Shown: in pieces, positions 39,991-52,775 of the stretch
How positions within the stretch are numbered: position 1 is the stretch's first letter
How the letters are laid out: every line of letters begins with the position of its first letter
Source of the DNA: Malacoraja senta
Taxonomy: Eukaryota
Assembly (NCBI GenBank): GCA_038087875.1
Contig: CM075990.1
Coordinates: 3,412,001-3,476,000, forward strand
Length of the DNA stretch: 64,000 bases
Direction of reading: 5' to 3'
The notes under the pieces: generated by a model
What the model was told of the DNA's origin: nothing
Databases searched by the model: none
What the model saw: only the letters and a program-made list of their open reading frames with translations
Made by a program: the position numbers and the translations under genes

Positions 39991-40834
39991 GAGCAGCCCA
40001 ATGGTTGCCTTTGCAAGCAGAGTATAATTACCGAGTTTTAATGGCTGCATCGAGGACCAAACTGGGCCCAATGATTTATAACACCAGCGGTAGCCCTGAG
40101 TTAAGCTGCAGCCTTGTAACACTCTCTGAGCCAGGTAGCTACTCCATATATAAATCTTCCCTGCTCGATGATTTTCCTTCCATATTAAAAGCTCTCAGAG
40201 GTGAGCGATGTTAAGACTCATGACTCAGTTTCCGATCTACAGGCACGCATTAAGCCAGCCTCTTCTAAATTCCTCACTAAATGCCTTATGTGTGCGTTAA
40301 GATTCCATCTGCCTCATTAGTTCACACAGTTTCTTAGTTTTTAACAATGTCTAGCGTGAGTTCTCCCAGTAGAATCCAAATTTTATATTTTCAGGCATAC
40401 TGTAGATAGCGCAGTTTCAGTTTGAAGGGTTTCTTTACTAACTGGCTTCAAGTTTGTAATTATCTCGTGCTGGGGAGCTGTAAATTGGATTAGACCGTAC
40501 TGATGCAGTTGAGCGCTCACCTCTATCGCCCCAGTTGGCAGGACACGTGGTGATAAGCAGCATAACGATGGATTTCGCCACAGCCTCACATGCATGACCT
40601 CTTCCTGGAAAGAATGAATCTTCCGTCGCCAGCCTTTCCTGAGTGTGCGGCCTCTTCTTTGCGCGTTAAAGCCCCCCCCCCGCGCTCCTTCTGCAGCTCT
40701 GCCGCCGAGTTCGGTTTAGTTTATTGTCACGTGTGCCGAGGTACAGAGAGAAGCTTTTGTGCAAAAGGAAGGAACTGCTGGTTTCAACCGAAGCTAGGCC
40801 CAGAATGCTGGTGTAACTCAGCGGGACATATCAG

Positions 40835-41231
40835 TTTGTTAAGGGCTTGGACACGCTAGAGGCAGGAAACATGTTCCCGATGTTGCGGGGAGTCCAGAAC
40901 CAGGGGCCACTGTTGAAGAATAAGGAGTAAGCCATTTAGAACGGAGACGAGGAAACACTTTTTCTCACAGAGAGTGGTGAGTCTGTGGAATTCTCCGCCT
41001 CAGAGGGCGGTGGAGGCCGGTTCTCTGGATACTTTCAAGAGAGAGCTAGATAGGGCTCTTAAAAATAGCTGGAGTCAGGGGATATGGGAGAAGGCAGGAA
41101 CGGGGTACTGATTGGGGATGATCAGCCATGATCACATTCAATGGCGGTGCTGGCTCGAAGGGCCAAATGGCCTACTCCTGCATCTATTGTCTATTGTCTA
41201 TTGTCTATTGTCTATTGTCTATTGTCTATTG
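40835..41231 (+). mobile_element. CR1 3' fragment with long (tctattg)n tail
   Basis: KGLDTLEAGNMFPML..SRTRGH; about 7 units of tctattg at 41183-41231. Confidence 0.88.
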
Positions 41232-42839
41232 ACAGGCAGCATCTATGAGAGAAGGAAAGGTTGACGTTTCGGGTCGAGACCCTTCTTCGGACAAAAAGTT
41301 TTTGTTGCGTGCTAACCAGCCAGCAGAGAAACAATACATGATTACAATCGAAGGTATACTCAAAATGCTGGAGTAACTCAGTGGGACAGGCAGCATCTCT
41401 GGAGAGAAGGAATGGGTGACGTTTCGGGTGGAGACCCTTTCTCGCTTGCTTTGATCTATTGTTTCCACACTTTACCCATCCATGTCAGTCGTTTCCTCTC
41501 CCCTGACTCTCAGCCTGAAGAAGGGTCCTAATTGAAAACCTAGCAATTATTGAAAGACTGGATAGAGTGGATGTGAAGAGGACCCAAAACGTCACCCATC
41601 AGTCTGAAGAAGGGTCTCCGACCCGAAAACGTCATCCATTCCTTCTCTCCATAGATTCTGCCTGTCCCGCTGAGTTACTCCAGCACTTTTGTGTCTATCT
41701 TCGGTGTAAACCAGCATCTGCAGTTCCTTTCTTCACAGTATTCCCCCGCGTTGGTTTATCCGAGGCAGAGGTGATGAAACTACACCTTGAGTTTAGTTCA
41801 GTTTAGTTTAGTTTGGTGCCCTCTGGTCCCAGACTCTCCCACTAATTGGAAATATCCTCCCCACATCCACTCTATCCAGTCCTTCATTATTTGCGAGGTT
41901 TAAATTAGGACCCTTCTTCAGTCTGGGAGTCAGGGGAGACGGAAACAAGAGATATGGGAGGGTAACGTGTAGAAAACAATAGACCAAAGCAGGCGAAAAA
42001 AGGGTCTCGACCCGAAACGTCACCCATTCCATCTCTCCAGAGATGCTGCCCGTCCTGCTGTGTTACTCCAGCTTTTTGTATCTATCTTAAATTTTAATTT
42101 AGTTCAGTTTAGAGATGCAGCTCGGAGCCAGGCCCTTCACAAAGACCAGGGATCCCCGCATATTAACACTATGCACCACCTACACACATGAGGGACAATT
42201 TTCCATTTATACCATTTATGTCTATAAACAGGTGATCGTTGGTCGGCACGGACCCGATGGGCCGAAGGGCCTGCTTCCACACTGTAACTCTAAAGCTAAA
42301 GTCCAAAGGCGATAGCAGGAACCTCAGTTACTGCCTGAAGCTCCTGACAGACTAATTAAAAAGCCAAAATCATAATCTGCATTTTTACACATACCCAATT
42401 TTTTTTCCCCCAAAGACACTCAAAGACAATGGTAAAATAAAAAAAGTGATTGCTTTTAAAGGAAGCATCGTGACTGATTGGATTTAGTCCGTGTCTGAGG
42501 TTGGGTGATATTCCTTTATCTACATTTAATTGTGTTGAGGGATGGAATTTGACTTTTTCGCGATTCAAAGATACATTCCCCACAAGCCTGCTACGCCCTG
42601 ACTGCTCATTGATGCAATAACTTATTATGCAAAGAATATCAAAACAATTCCACTCTACCGTTTTAATAATTCTGCTCTTTGAAAGTCGTGTGCAAGACCT
42701 ATAAAGTAAATTAATCATTTTAAAAATCGTTGCTTTGAATTTTAAGAACTTTGTCCAGTACATGCCCGCACACGTGCAGACCACAGGCAGACCGACAATC
42801 ACAGGTGTACACAGGCACACTGAGGCAAGTTACACATGT

Positions 42840-42987
42840 ATGTGGGAAAGAACTGCAGGCGCTGGTTTAAACCAGAGATAGACACAAAAAGCTGGAGTAA
42901 CTCAGCGGACAGGCAGCATCTCTGGAGAAAAGGGAATAGGTGACGTTTCGGGTCGAAACCCTTCTTCAGAGTCTGACGAAGGGTCTC
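42840..42987 (-). mobile_element. Penelope-like pLTR with intact hammerhead-like core
   Basis: Minus strand 42942-42969 reads CTGAAGA-AGGGTTTCGACCC-GAAACGTC. A short inverted stub, ctgacgaagggtctc, follows. Confidence 0.7.
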
Positions 42988-43032
42988 AAGTACACTTGTA
43001 AACAGAGAAACCTGGCAGAGACACAGGTACCA

Positions 43033-43356
43033 TGGGCAGCACGGTGGCGCAGCGGTAGAGTTGCTGCCTTACAGCGCCAGAGACCCATGTTTGATCCTGA
43101 CTACGGGGTGCACAATACCTGTCTGTACTGAGTTTGTACATTTCTCCCCGTGACCCGCGTGGGTTTACTCCGGGATCTCCGGTTTACTCCAAAGACGCAC
43201 AGGTTTCTAGGCTAATTGGCTTGGTAAAATTGTAAATTGTCCCTGGTGTGTGTGGGTTAGTGTTAAAGTGCGGGGATCGCAGGTCAGCACGGACTCTGTG
43301 GGCCGAAGGGCCAGTTCAGGCGCTGTATCTCTAAACTAAACTAAACTAAACTAAAC
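43033..43356 (+). mobile_element. V-SINE (HE1-like), full length
   Basis: gggcagcacggtggcgcagcggtagag ... (ctaaa)n tail. Confidence 0.9.
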
Positions 43357-43664
43357 AGATGAGGAATTATAGAGCTATAGCTATGGGTCTGTACAGCACA
43401 GAAACATTCGGAATATTATTATATTCCAGACAGCAGAATGAAAAACAAGACTTACACGCTGGTTTATTACCCAGCATTCCTGCTTATATTGAACACCAAC
43501 TCATTAACATACACATGAATATGTATGAATCCATTACAGGCCCAAATTGTCCAAGCCGATCTAGGTGCCCCATCTATACAATCCCCACATGCCCTGGTTT
43601 GGCCCATATCTCTCTCAATCCATATACCTGTCTAAATATCTTTTAAATGTTATTGTCGAAGCCA

Positions 43665-44220
43665 TTTATTGTGTACAGTTTTGGTCTCCTAATTTGAGGA
43701 AGGACATCCTTGTGATTGAGGCAGTGCAGCGTAGGTTCACGAGATTGATCCCTGGGATGGCGGGACTGTCATATGAGAAAGATTGAAAAGACTAGGCTGT
43801 ATTCACTGGAGTTTAGAAGGATGAGGGGATATTTTATGGAAACATATAAAATTATAAAAGGACTGGACAAGCTAGATGCAGGAAAAATGTTCTCAATGTG
43901 GGGCGAGTCCAGAACCAGGGCCACAGTCTTAGAATAAAGGGGAGGCCATTTAAGACTGAGGTGAGAAAAAAACGTTTCACCCAGAGAGTTGTGAATTTGC
44001 GGAATTCCCTGCCACAGAGGGCAGTGGAGGCCAAATCACTGGATGGATTCAAGAGAGAGTTAGATAGAGCTCTAGGGACTAGTGGAATCAAGGGATATGG
44101 GGAGAAGGCAGGCACGGTTATTGATTGGGGACGATCAGCCATGATCACAATGAATGGCGGTGCTGGCTCGAGTGCCGAATGGCCTCCTCCTGCACCTATT
44201 TTCCATGTTTCTATGTTTCT
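43665..44220 (+). mobile_element. CR1 (HER1-like) 3' fragment
   Basis: YCVQFWSPNLRKDILVIEAVQRRFTRLIPGMAGLSY...FTQRVVNLRNSLPQRAVEAKSLDGFKRELDRAL. Confidence 0.9.
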
Positions 44221-44676
44221 ATTTATGCTTAGTTAGTTACTGTTGTTATATTATAGACATACTGTATCTAGATATTTCTAGCTTTCTCCTGTGTATGCCT
44301 GTAGCTGGGATTTGATACATAGACGGACGTCTGAGGAATTTTCTGCCTAAGAAGGCAGGGGAGGCGTGTTCTCTGGATGCTTTCAAGAGAGAGCTAGGAA
44401 GGGCTCTTAAAAATAGCGGTATCATGCAAATGAAGGTTGGAGATTGGAAAGTCTTAGGAATTGCCATTACACATAAAGGAAAAAAATGGCGTTACAGTTG
44501 TTGTATGTGATGCAGTGGAGTTACTGATATCCATCAAAACACAGATCATCAGTTATCGATATACATAAAATAACCGTGGGACTGAAAAATGTCTTGAATG
44601 ACGACTCTTGTCCAATTTAAAGGCTTATAGATTTGTCTTGGAAATCTGAAAGGAAACATGAATTGTTTCATGAAGT

Positions 44677-45083
44677 GGCCCATTCTTAGTCACGTGTGTG
44701 ACCAGAAAATATTTTTAACAATTGTGGAATACATCTCTTCTAATTCTGAAAGCATTACAGGTATATTGTTTTGCACCGTATATACGATTCATATTTTTTT
44801 TTCGGTTTATCGGATGTAATTTTTATGTGTTATGCTGACAATCTTTGTTTAGGGTCGGAGGTCAAATAGGACTGGTCACGTGTGTGGCATCACACGGAAG
44901 CATTCTACAAACTGTGACTTTTTTTAAGCTAGAACATTCATATCTTTTGCATTATGGTTCTGCAGGTAGGAAAATAGCAATGAATAAGATTAATCCCTTA
45001 CAATAATTTTTTAATGTGTTGCTTCATGTGATAACACCTGGTCACGTGTGTGACGTTTTGGTTCACCTTCCAAAGAATGGGCC
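44677..45083. mobile_element. Unclassified MITE with 11-bp TIRs
   Basis: GGCCCATTCTT...AAGAATGGGCC, with three internal gtcacgtgtgtg motifs and an AT-rich body. No clear TSD. Confidence 0.55.
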
Positions 45084-46619
45084 TACAGTGTAGGTTCAGT
45101 CCTGGCCACCAGTGCTGTGGGAGGGTGGGGGGGTTTAACACCATTTTATTTACTTTAGTTCAGGGACGCAGCATTGAATCAGTGCCCTTTGGCCCACCAA
45201 GTCCACACTGACCAAGTTCACACCGAGTTCCATCTTGCCCCACTTTTTCATCCACTCCCTACACACTGGGGGCCATTTCTCAGAGGGCCCATTGACCTAC
45301 ACACCCACATGTCTTTGGGACGTGGGAGCAAACCGGAAAACACCCGGAGGAAACCCACGCAGTCACAGGGAGAACGTGCAAACTCCACGCAGCCAGCACT
45401 CGAGGCCAAGATCGAACCTGGGTCTCTGGAGCTGTGAGGCAGTGGCTCTACCAGCAGCATCACTGTTTGCTCCCACCGGCCAAATAGCATCATCGAGTCA
45501 TAGAGAGTGGAAACAGGCCCTTCGGCCCAACTTGCCCACACCGGCCAACATCTACACTAGTCCCACCTGACTGCATATGGCCCATATCCCTCTAAACCCG
45601 TCCTATCCATGTACCTGTATAAATGTCTCTAAAAAGTCGTGAAATTACCTGCCTCAACTACCTCCTCCAGCAGCTCGTTCCATACACCCACCACCCTTTG
45701 TGTGAAAATGTTGCCCCTATTAAATATTTCCCCCTCGGATCGTGTCCCATGCAGACTACTGAGGAACGGTGCCCGATCTGAAACGTCAGCAATCCATTGT
45801 TTTCCAGAGATGCTGCCTGTCCCGCTGAGTTACTCCAACTTTTTTGTGTCTACCTGCCACAAGACCTGGGCAGTAACCAGACCAGGACTGATCGGTGGCA
45901 AGTAACATTTACTGCACACAAGCAGTAGCGTTACTGCCTCACAGCGCCGGGGACCCAGGTCTGATCCTGACTACGGATGCTGACTGCGCGGAGTTTGCAT
46001 GTCCTCCCCGTGACCGCGTGGGTTTCTCACCAAAGACGTCCCAAAGTTGCACGAGTATGTAGGTTGACTGGTTCGGTAAATTTCCTTTAGTGCGTAGGAT
46101 GCAAATGTGGAATAACATGGTATTAGTGTGGAGTGATCGATGGTCGACGTGGACTCAGTGGGCCGAAGGGACCGTTTGCACGCTGCATCTCTAAAACTAC
46201 GAACTAAAACTAAAAACAAGTTTTAAGTTTTTAGTTAAAGTTTAAAGCTAACCTAAATTGAATTAAACTAAACTAAAAGTTTTTGTTTAAGTGAGGGCTC
46301 ATGCATCCAGTACATCCTGACCTACATCTCATAGATTCTAGTACCATTAGAAACCTCTACACATACATCATAGGAAGCATACTGTCGGGCTGCACCATTG
46401 GTTTGGGAACAGCTCTGCCCAAAACCGCAAGGCCGCAAAAGCGCAGAGAGTGCAGATCTAGCTCCGACCAACACGCAAACCAGCCTCCCCACCATTGACT
46501 TCATCTACATTTCACACTTCCCAGATAAGCAGCAAACATAAGCAGGTCCTTTATGGTTTTATAATGAATGCTTCATTAATATTTCGTGAAAAGTTACTGA
46601 AATACTTTGCAGAATTCTT

Positions 46620-47033
46620 AGGGCCCCCTCGGTCATGGCTGACCATGGGTGTCTCCAGGGTTGGAGGACGCCTGTGCATGACTTTGTTTAACGTGGGGAG
46701 ACTGGTGCACAGACAGCCACCACATGGTCCTTGACAGATCTGGGTCAGGATCCAGTGGCATGGAGTCCAAGACAACCGGAGACCCTTTTCTGCTGCAGCC
46801 TTCATCCGCCTTCCCAGCCGTCGTGACGCTCCACTAAGGTCAGCCATCGTCCTCCGTCTGTTCCACCGTTGAGGTCTTGATTGCATTGCTCTTTGTCAGA
46901 GTCGTCAGAGTCCTCACCCTCAACCTTACCGCCATGAGTGGCCCTACCAGGAGCATAACTCCAGACGGCATTGCTCTCAGAATCTCAGGACCGCACAAGC
47001 TTCTCCACCACGACAAGGTGACAATCCACGGAG
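46620..47033 (-). mobile_element. Second copy of the RTE-5'UTR-derived short element
   Basis: Reverse complement of 6599-6960 from ctccgtggattgtcacc to gcgtcctcca, with a different 3' end. Confidence 0.7.
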
Positions 47034-47875
47034 AAGGAACATGCAGAATACACCCAAGGAAAAGTGGAAATGAGTGGGAGAGTCTAGGACCAGAGGGCAC
47101 AGCCTCAGAATAAAAGGACGTACCTTTAGAATGGAGATGAGGAGGAATTTATTTAGTCAGAGGGTGGTGAATCTGTGGAATTCATTGCCTCAGATGGCTG
47201 TATAGGTCGTCAATGGGTATTTTTAAGCCAGAGATTGATGGATTTTTGATTTATACGGGCGTCAGGGGTTATGGGGAGAAGGCAGGAGAATGGGGTTGAG
47301 AGGGAAAGATAGATCAGCCATGATTGATTGGCCGAGTAGACTTGATGGGCCGAATGGTCTAAATTTTGTTCCCAGAACTTATGTACGTGAAATATGCAAA
47401 GGATGGGAAAGGATGAAAGGTAATTGACCAAAATTAAAATAGAAGTGGAGAGATTTAAACTGGAAGTTTTAGTGGGAAGGCTTCTTCAGTCGGTCCAATG
47501 AAATACATCTCAATATTTATTCGTCATGGAACTATTTAAGTCCACGCTGACCATGACTCACCTGTTCACACTAGTTCCATGTTATCCCATTTCCTCCTCA
47601 CTCCTGCACACTAGGGGCAATTTTACAGAGGGCCAATGAAACTACAAATCTGCACATCTTTGGGGTGTGGGAAGAAACCAGAGCACCCTGAGGAAACCCA
47701 CGCGGTCACAGGGAGAAGGTGCAAACACCACACAGAATCCAGAGACCCAGTTTCGATTCTGACTACGGGGTTTCCACATCCTCCCTCTGACTGCATGGGT
47801 TTTAGAAACATAGAAACATAGAAAAATAGGGTGCAGGAGGAGGCCATTGGGCCCTTCGAGCCAGCACCGCCATCC

Positions 47876-48413
47876 AATCTGCCACAGGCAATGATGGTCC
47901 AATTCTACACGGCCATCGTAGAGTCTGTTCTCACCTTCTCCATCATGGTCTGGTTTGGCTCAGCCACCAAGAACGACATCCGGAGGCTGCAGCGAATCAG
48001 CAGAGAAGATTATTGGCCGCAACCTTCCTTCCATTGATGAACTGTACACTGCAAGGGCCAGGAAGCGAGCGGGCAAGATCATCTCTGACCCCTCTCACCC
48101 TGGCCACAAACTCTTTGAATCACTTCACTCTGGAAGGCGACTCCGGACTGTCAAAGCTGCCACAGCCAGACATAAAAACTGTTTTTATCCACGAGTAGTT
48201 GCTCTACTCAACAGCCGAAAATCTGTAGCCTCCCTTTGATCTGGTATTTTGTTGGTGCACATGGTGTTTTATCATTAATGTTTTATTATTATTAATGTTT
48301 AGTGTTTTCTGAGTCATTCGTAACTGTCACTGTATGTCATGTTGTTACTTGTGAGCGGAGCACCAAGGCAAATTCCTTGTATGTGAATACTTGGCCAATA
48401 AACGTACTTACAT
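47876..48413 (+). mobile_element. Rex1/Babar LINE 3' fragment with complete UTR
   Basis: MMVQFYTAIVESVLTFSIMVWFGSATKNDIRRLQR..AEKIIG..ISDPSHPGHKLF..SGRRLR..FYPRVVALLN. The UTR ends ggccaataaa. Confidence 0.9.
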
Positions 48414-49689
48414 AAATTGTGATCATGGCTGATCATCCACAATCAGTAACCCGTGCCTGCCTTCTTCCCATATCCCTTGATTCCGCTAGCCCCTAGAGCT
48501 CTTTCTGACTCTCTTTTAAATTCATCCAGTGAATTGGCCTCCACTGCCTTCTGTGGCAGAGAATTCCACAAATTCACAACTCTCTGGGTGAAAATTCACA
48601 ACATCTCTGGGTGCTCCAGTTTCCTCCTACACTCCAAAGACGTACAGGTCTGTAGGCTAATTGGCTTGGATAGGTTGTAAAATTGTCCCTAGTGTGTCCC
48701 TAGTGTGCTCGTGTACGGGGTGATCGCTGGTCGGTGCGGATCCGGTGGGCCGAAGGGCCTGTTTCTGCGCTGTATCTCTGAAGTTTAAATACTGCAGACG
48801 ATGGAATCTGGAGCGAAAAAAAATCTGCTGGAGGAACTGGGTCGACAATGTTTCAGGTCAAGACTCCACGTCTTTCCACCTTCCACCTTGTGCAAGTAGA
48901 AACTGTTGACTGTTGGTTTTTCACTAATAGATATCCACTGGGAAATTTGTGCAACCATTTGTCCAGCACCAGGGTCGACCACCAACACCAAGATGCAGCA
49001 CAGAACGCCACAGGAGATCCTTCTTCCCTGTGGCTATCGAACTGTACAACTCCTCCTCCTTCTGTCGTGGGGTAGATTGACTCCCCCCCCCCCCCCCACC
49101 CAACCCCCCTCCCCAATTCTTTGCACATCCCCAATCCTTTCCACTCATCACTTTAATTTCACGTTTCAAGCATCCTGAGTTTTATGACTGTTGGCCGATC
49201 AATATCCCTCCTGGGATAAATATAGTTCTTTCGTGTTGTATCGCATCGTACTTCAACCTTCACAAGGGACACAGGTTTAAGCGATTCCTTCCAATCTCAT
49301 CGGACACATCGACCCGTGAACCATCGTCCCCTCTCCTCACTCGGCCACCCCACAGTCTTCCTGCCACAAGGGGGCGCCTCCAGCAGCCGACCTCGTAGAC
49401 CAAGCGCAGGCTCGGCGATCGTTCCACTGAACACATCCGCTCAGTCCGCCTGAACCTCCCTGATCTCCTGGTTGCCGGACACTTTAACCCCTTTCCCCTC
49501 CTATCCCACACTGACCTTTCTGTCCTGGGCCGCCTCCATTGTCAGAGTGAGGCCCAGCGCAAATTGGAGGAACAGCACCTCATATTTCACTTGGGCAGCT
49601 TACACCCCAGCGGTATGAACGTGGACTTCTCTACCTTGCTTTCCCTCTCTCTCTATCCCTCCCCCTTTCAAGTTCTCCAACCAGTCTTA

Positions 49690-49994
49690 TGGGGCTGTCC
49701 CACTGTACAAGCTAATTCAAGAGTTCTCCCGAGTTTCCCCTGATACGAACTCGGAGATTTACGGTAATAGCCGCTCGTAGGTACTCGGGGCTCTCTTGGA
49801 CATTTTTCAACATGTTGAAAAATCTTCATGAGTCTTCACAAGCTTACCACGTTTCCCGAGTACCTGCCGTTAGCGTTACGAGCCGCTAAGAGACGTCCCC
49901 GAGCTTCGTACATTCTACGTGCTTACCACAAGTTTGATTTTTTTTCTACACTCGGGAGAGCTCTTGAGTAAACTCATACAGTGGGACAGCCCCT
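49690..49994. mobile_element. PIF/Harbinger-like MITE (subfamily B) with perfect TTA TSD
   Basis: tta|TGGGGCTGTCCCAC...GTGGGACAGCCCCT|tta. Removing it restores ccagtcttactgtcc. Confidence 0.88.
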
Positions 49995-50230
49995 TTACTG
50001 TCCCCGACTACATTTCTGTTTGCTTTGTTGTTACTTTATCCCAGCTAACAATGATCTCTTCTACATTTTCCTCAATCTCCATTCCCTTTTGCCCTGTTTT
50101 CTCCCTTTGCACTTCCTTATCTATGTGCCTCCCTCTCCCCTGACACCAGTCTGAGGAAGGGGCTCGACCCGAAACCTTCACCCATTCCTTCCCTCCAGAG
50201 ATGTTGCCTGTCCCACTGAGTTACTCCAGC

Positions 50231-50590
50231 CGGCCCTGCGGTCTGCGGTGCTTCTTGCTGCGGCGGGGACTTTAGATCTTCGACCACCGGCCTGCGGCCT
50301 ACACCATCTTGAAGCCGCGGTCTCCGGTGGGGAGGCACCGATTCAGGACTTACCTGGACTTACCTTGTCTGAACGTCTGGGCGCCTGCAGCAGCGACTGC
50401 GGAGGGTTGAGTTCCCGACCACGGGGGAAAATGGAGGAGGACTGGCCAAATTTTGTGCCTTCCACCACAGTGATGAATGCTGTGGTGAATGTTTGTGTTA
50501 AATTTTTATTATTATGTGTTCTTCTTTTTATTGTACCGCTACTGGCAAATTCATTTCACTTGTGACGAATAAAACTTCACTTAACTTGAA
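50231..50590 (+). mobile_element. GC-rich non-autonomous retroelement
   Basis: Splits the pLTR ttactccagc|cattttgtg. Carries tgccttccaccacag...ctgtggtgaatg and ends tgacgaataaa(actt)n. Confidence 0.55.
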
Positions 50591-51329
50591 CATTTTGTGC
50601 CTGTCTGGTAGCATGTATAGCGTTTTTCGAGAGTTGCGGAGGGGGGGAGTAAGACCCCTATCTGCTCTGCAGGCACCTTTGTTTGCCCGCATCCGCCATC
50701 CCTGCCATCTGACAATTCATGAAATTCAAGGTGGAAGGCAGAAAGAGTGAATGAATGAATGAATGAATGAATGAATGAATGATACAGTATTGAAAGAGTG
50801 CGTTCGCTTCAGACGCCCGGTAGCTGTGGCTCATGCGCCGAGTATTTAGCTTTGTACTCCTTTATTTCTGCACCTCCATTGTTTATTTGCAAAGTTAATA
50901 AATTCTTTGCCCACTCGGTTCTCCAGATCTGTTAAATCCATTGCACGAATGTGAGCCTACCATTCAGCAGATGTCAAATCCACAGGGCTAATCTGCAAAT
51001 TGTAACAGCCTGTCTGTTGAGTATTTACCCAACTGCTCGCAAGTCTAAGGAGAGCAAATAGCCCTGTTCACCACTTCAAAGAGTTTGCCTTCCATGCTAT
51101 TGTCATTACGTGTCCATTATTAAAGTAGGAATTTACATAGTGCAACTAGTGCAGGCCTTTGAATCCTACCCTGCGGACCATCAGTGTTTAGCAACTCAAT
51201 CACCCTTGGGGAAATCGGCCCCCTTTATTCTGTGTAAGTTTGGCGTTTATTAAAATTAATTTTATCCCGAATCTAAGCACCTCAAAATTTAGTGACTAGG
51301 AAATTCGGCTGTGGAAGCAGATTTTTCAT

Positions 51330-51633
51330 GCTAGTTTCGTTTGGAGGTATAGCGAGGGAAACAGGCCCTTTGGCCCATGGAGTCCACGCTGACCAGCGAT
51401 CCCCACACACAAACGCTATCCTACACACACTAGGGACAATTTACCAAAGCCAATTAACTTGCAAACCTGTACATCTTTGGAATGTGGGAGGAAACCGGAG
51501 CACCCGGAGAAAACCCACGCAGGTCACGGGGAGAACGTACAAACTCCGTACAGACAGCACCCGTAGTCAGGATCGAACCCGAGTCTCTGGCTCTATAAGG
51601 CAGCAACTCTACCGCTGCGCCACCGTGCCGCCC
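51330..51633 (-). mobile_element. V-SINE (HE1-like), full length
   Basis: Minus strand reads gggcggcacggtggcgcagcggtagag ... ggttcgatcc. Confidence 0.9.
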
Positions 51634-51899
51634 GATTTGGTGCGAGCATGCTACTTTAATCAATTTCTATAAAACGTTAAACATGTTTGGATATGGAGGT
51701 TGGATAGAGTGGATGTGGTGAAGATGTTTCCACTAGTGGGGGAGGCAACGACCAGAGGGCACAAGAATGGAGTATGCAAACTCCACACAGACAGCAGCCG
51801 TAGTCAGGATCAAACCCGGGTCTCCGATGCTGTAAGGCAGTAACTCTACCGCTGCACCACTATGCCGTCTCTAAGGTCCTGTGTGCTCATCCAAAGTAA

Positions 51900-51902
<3 letters not shown>

Positions 51903-51989
<87 letters not shown>

Positions 51990-52325
51990 TGTGTGTGTGT
52001 GTGTGTCTGTGTATGTGCGCGGTTGTGCGTATGCGTGCATATTTGCGTGCATGTCCGTGCATGCATGTGTGTGTGTGTGTGCATGTAGGCATATGTGAAT
52101 GAGCATGCACCTGTTTATGTGTGTGTGACACACAAGTGTGAGCTCATGAATGTGTGTGTGTACATAGGTATACTGTATGTGTGTGCATGTATATTCATGT
52201 ATGTGTGTTTGTACATGTGTATGAGTGTGTGTGCAGTGTGTAGATATGTGTGTGTGTTTTTACATATGTATGTATGTACATGTATGTGCGGTTGTGCATG
52301 CATGTGTCTGTGTGTGCATGTGTGG
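51903..52325. repeat. (TG)n microsatellite, pure then degenerate
   Basis: Direct observation. Confidence 0.95.
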
Positions 52326-52464
52326 GTGGAACTCTGCCTGGATTTAAATGTGATGCAATTCCTTACACCATAGTTCAAAATTGACTATAGATTATGAAAA
52401 TAGATTACTTTCACAAAATTTAAGAGAACATCAATGAAAACAGGGGGTTGTGGTGGAATGATCA

Positions 52465-52775
52465 GGGACGGCACAGTGACGCAACGGCAGAGTTGCTGCC
52501 TTACAGCTCTGGAGACCCAGGTTCAATCCTGACTACGGGTGCTGTATGTACGGAGTTTTACGTTCGCCCGCGTGGGTTTTCTCCAGGTGCTCCGGTTTCC
52601 TCCCACACTCCAAAGACAAACAGGTTTGCAGGTGAATTGGCTCGGTATAATTTGTAAATTGTCCCTAGTGTGTGTAGGAGAGTGCTAGTATGCGTGGCGA
52701 TCGCTGGTCGGAGTGGACTCGTTGGGCCGAAGGGCCTGTTTCCACGCTGTATTCTCTAAAGTCTAAGGTCTAAAG
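52465..52775 (+). mobile_element. V-SINE (HE1-like)
   Basis: Head, B box ggttcaatcc and tail ctaaagtctaagg. Confidence 0.87.

Larger units (their letters stand above)
49397..50606 (+). mobile_element. Penelope-like 3' end (GIY-YIG remnant + pLTR) with nested inserts
   Basis: TKRRLGDR..EHIRSV..DLSVLG..RKLEEQHLIF.LGSLHPSGMNVDF. The pLTR has ctgaggaagg...cgaaac at 50151. Interrupted at 49690-49994 and 50231-50590. Confidence 0.8.
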
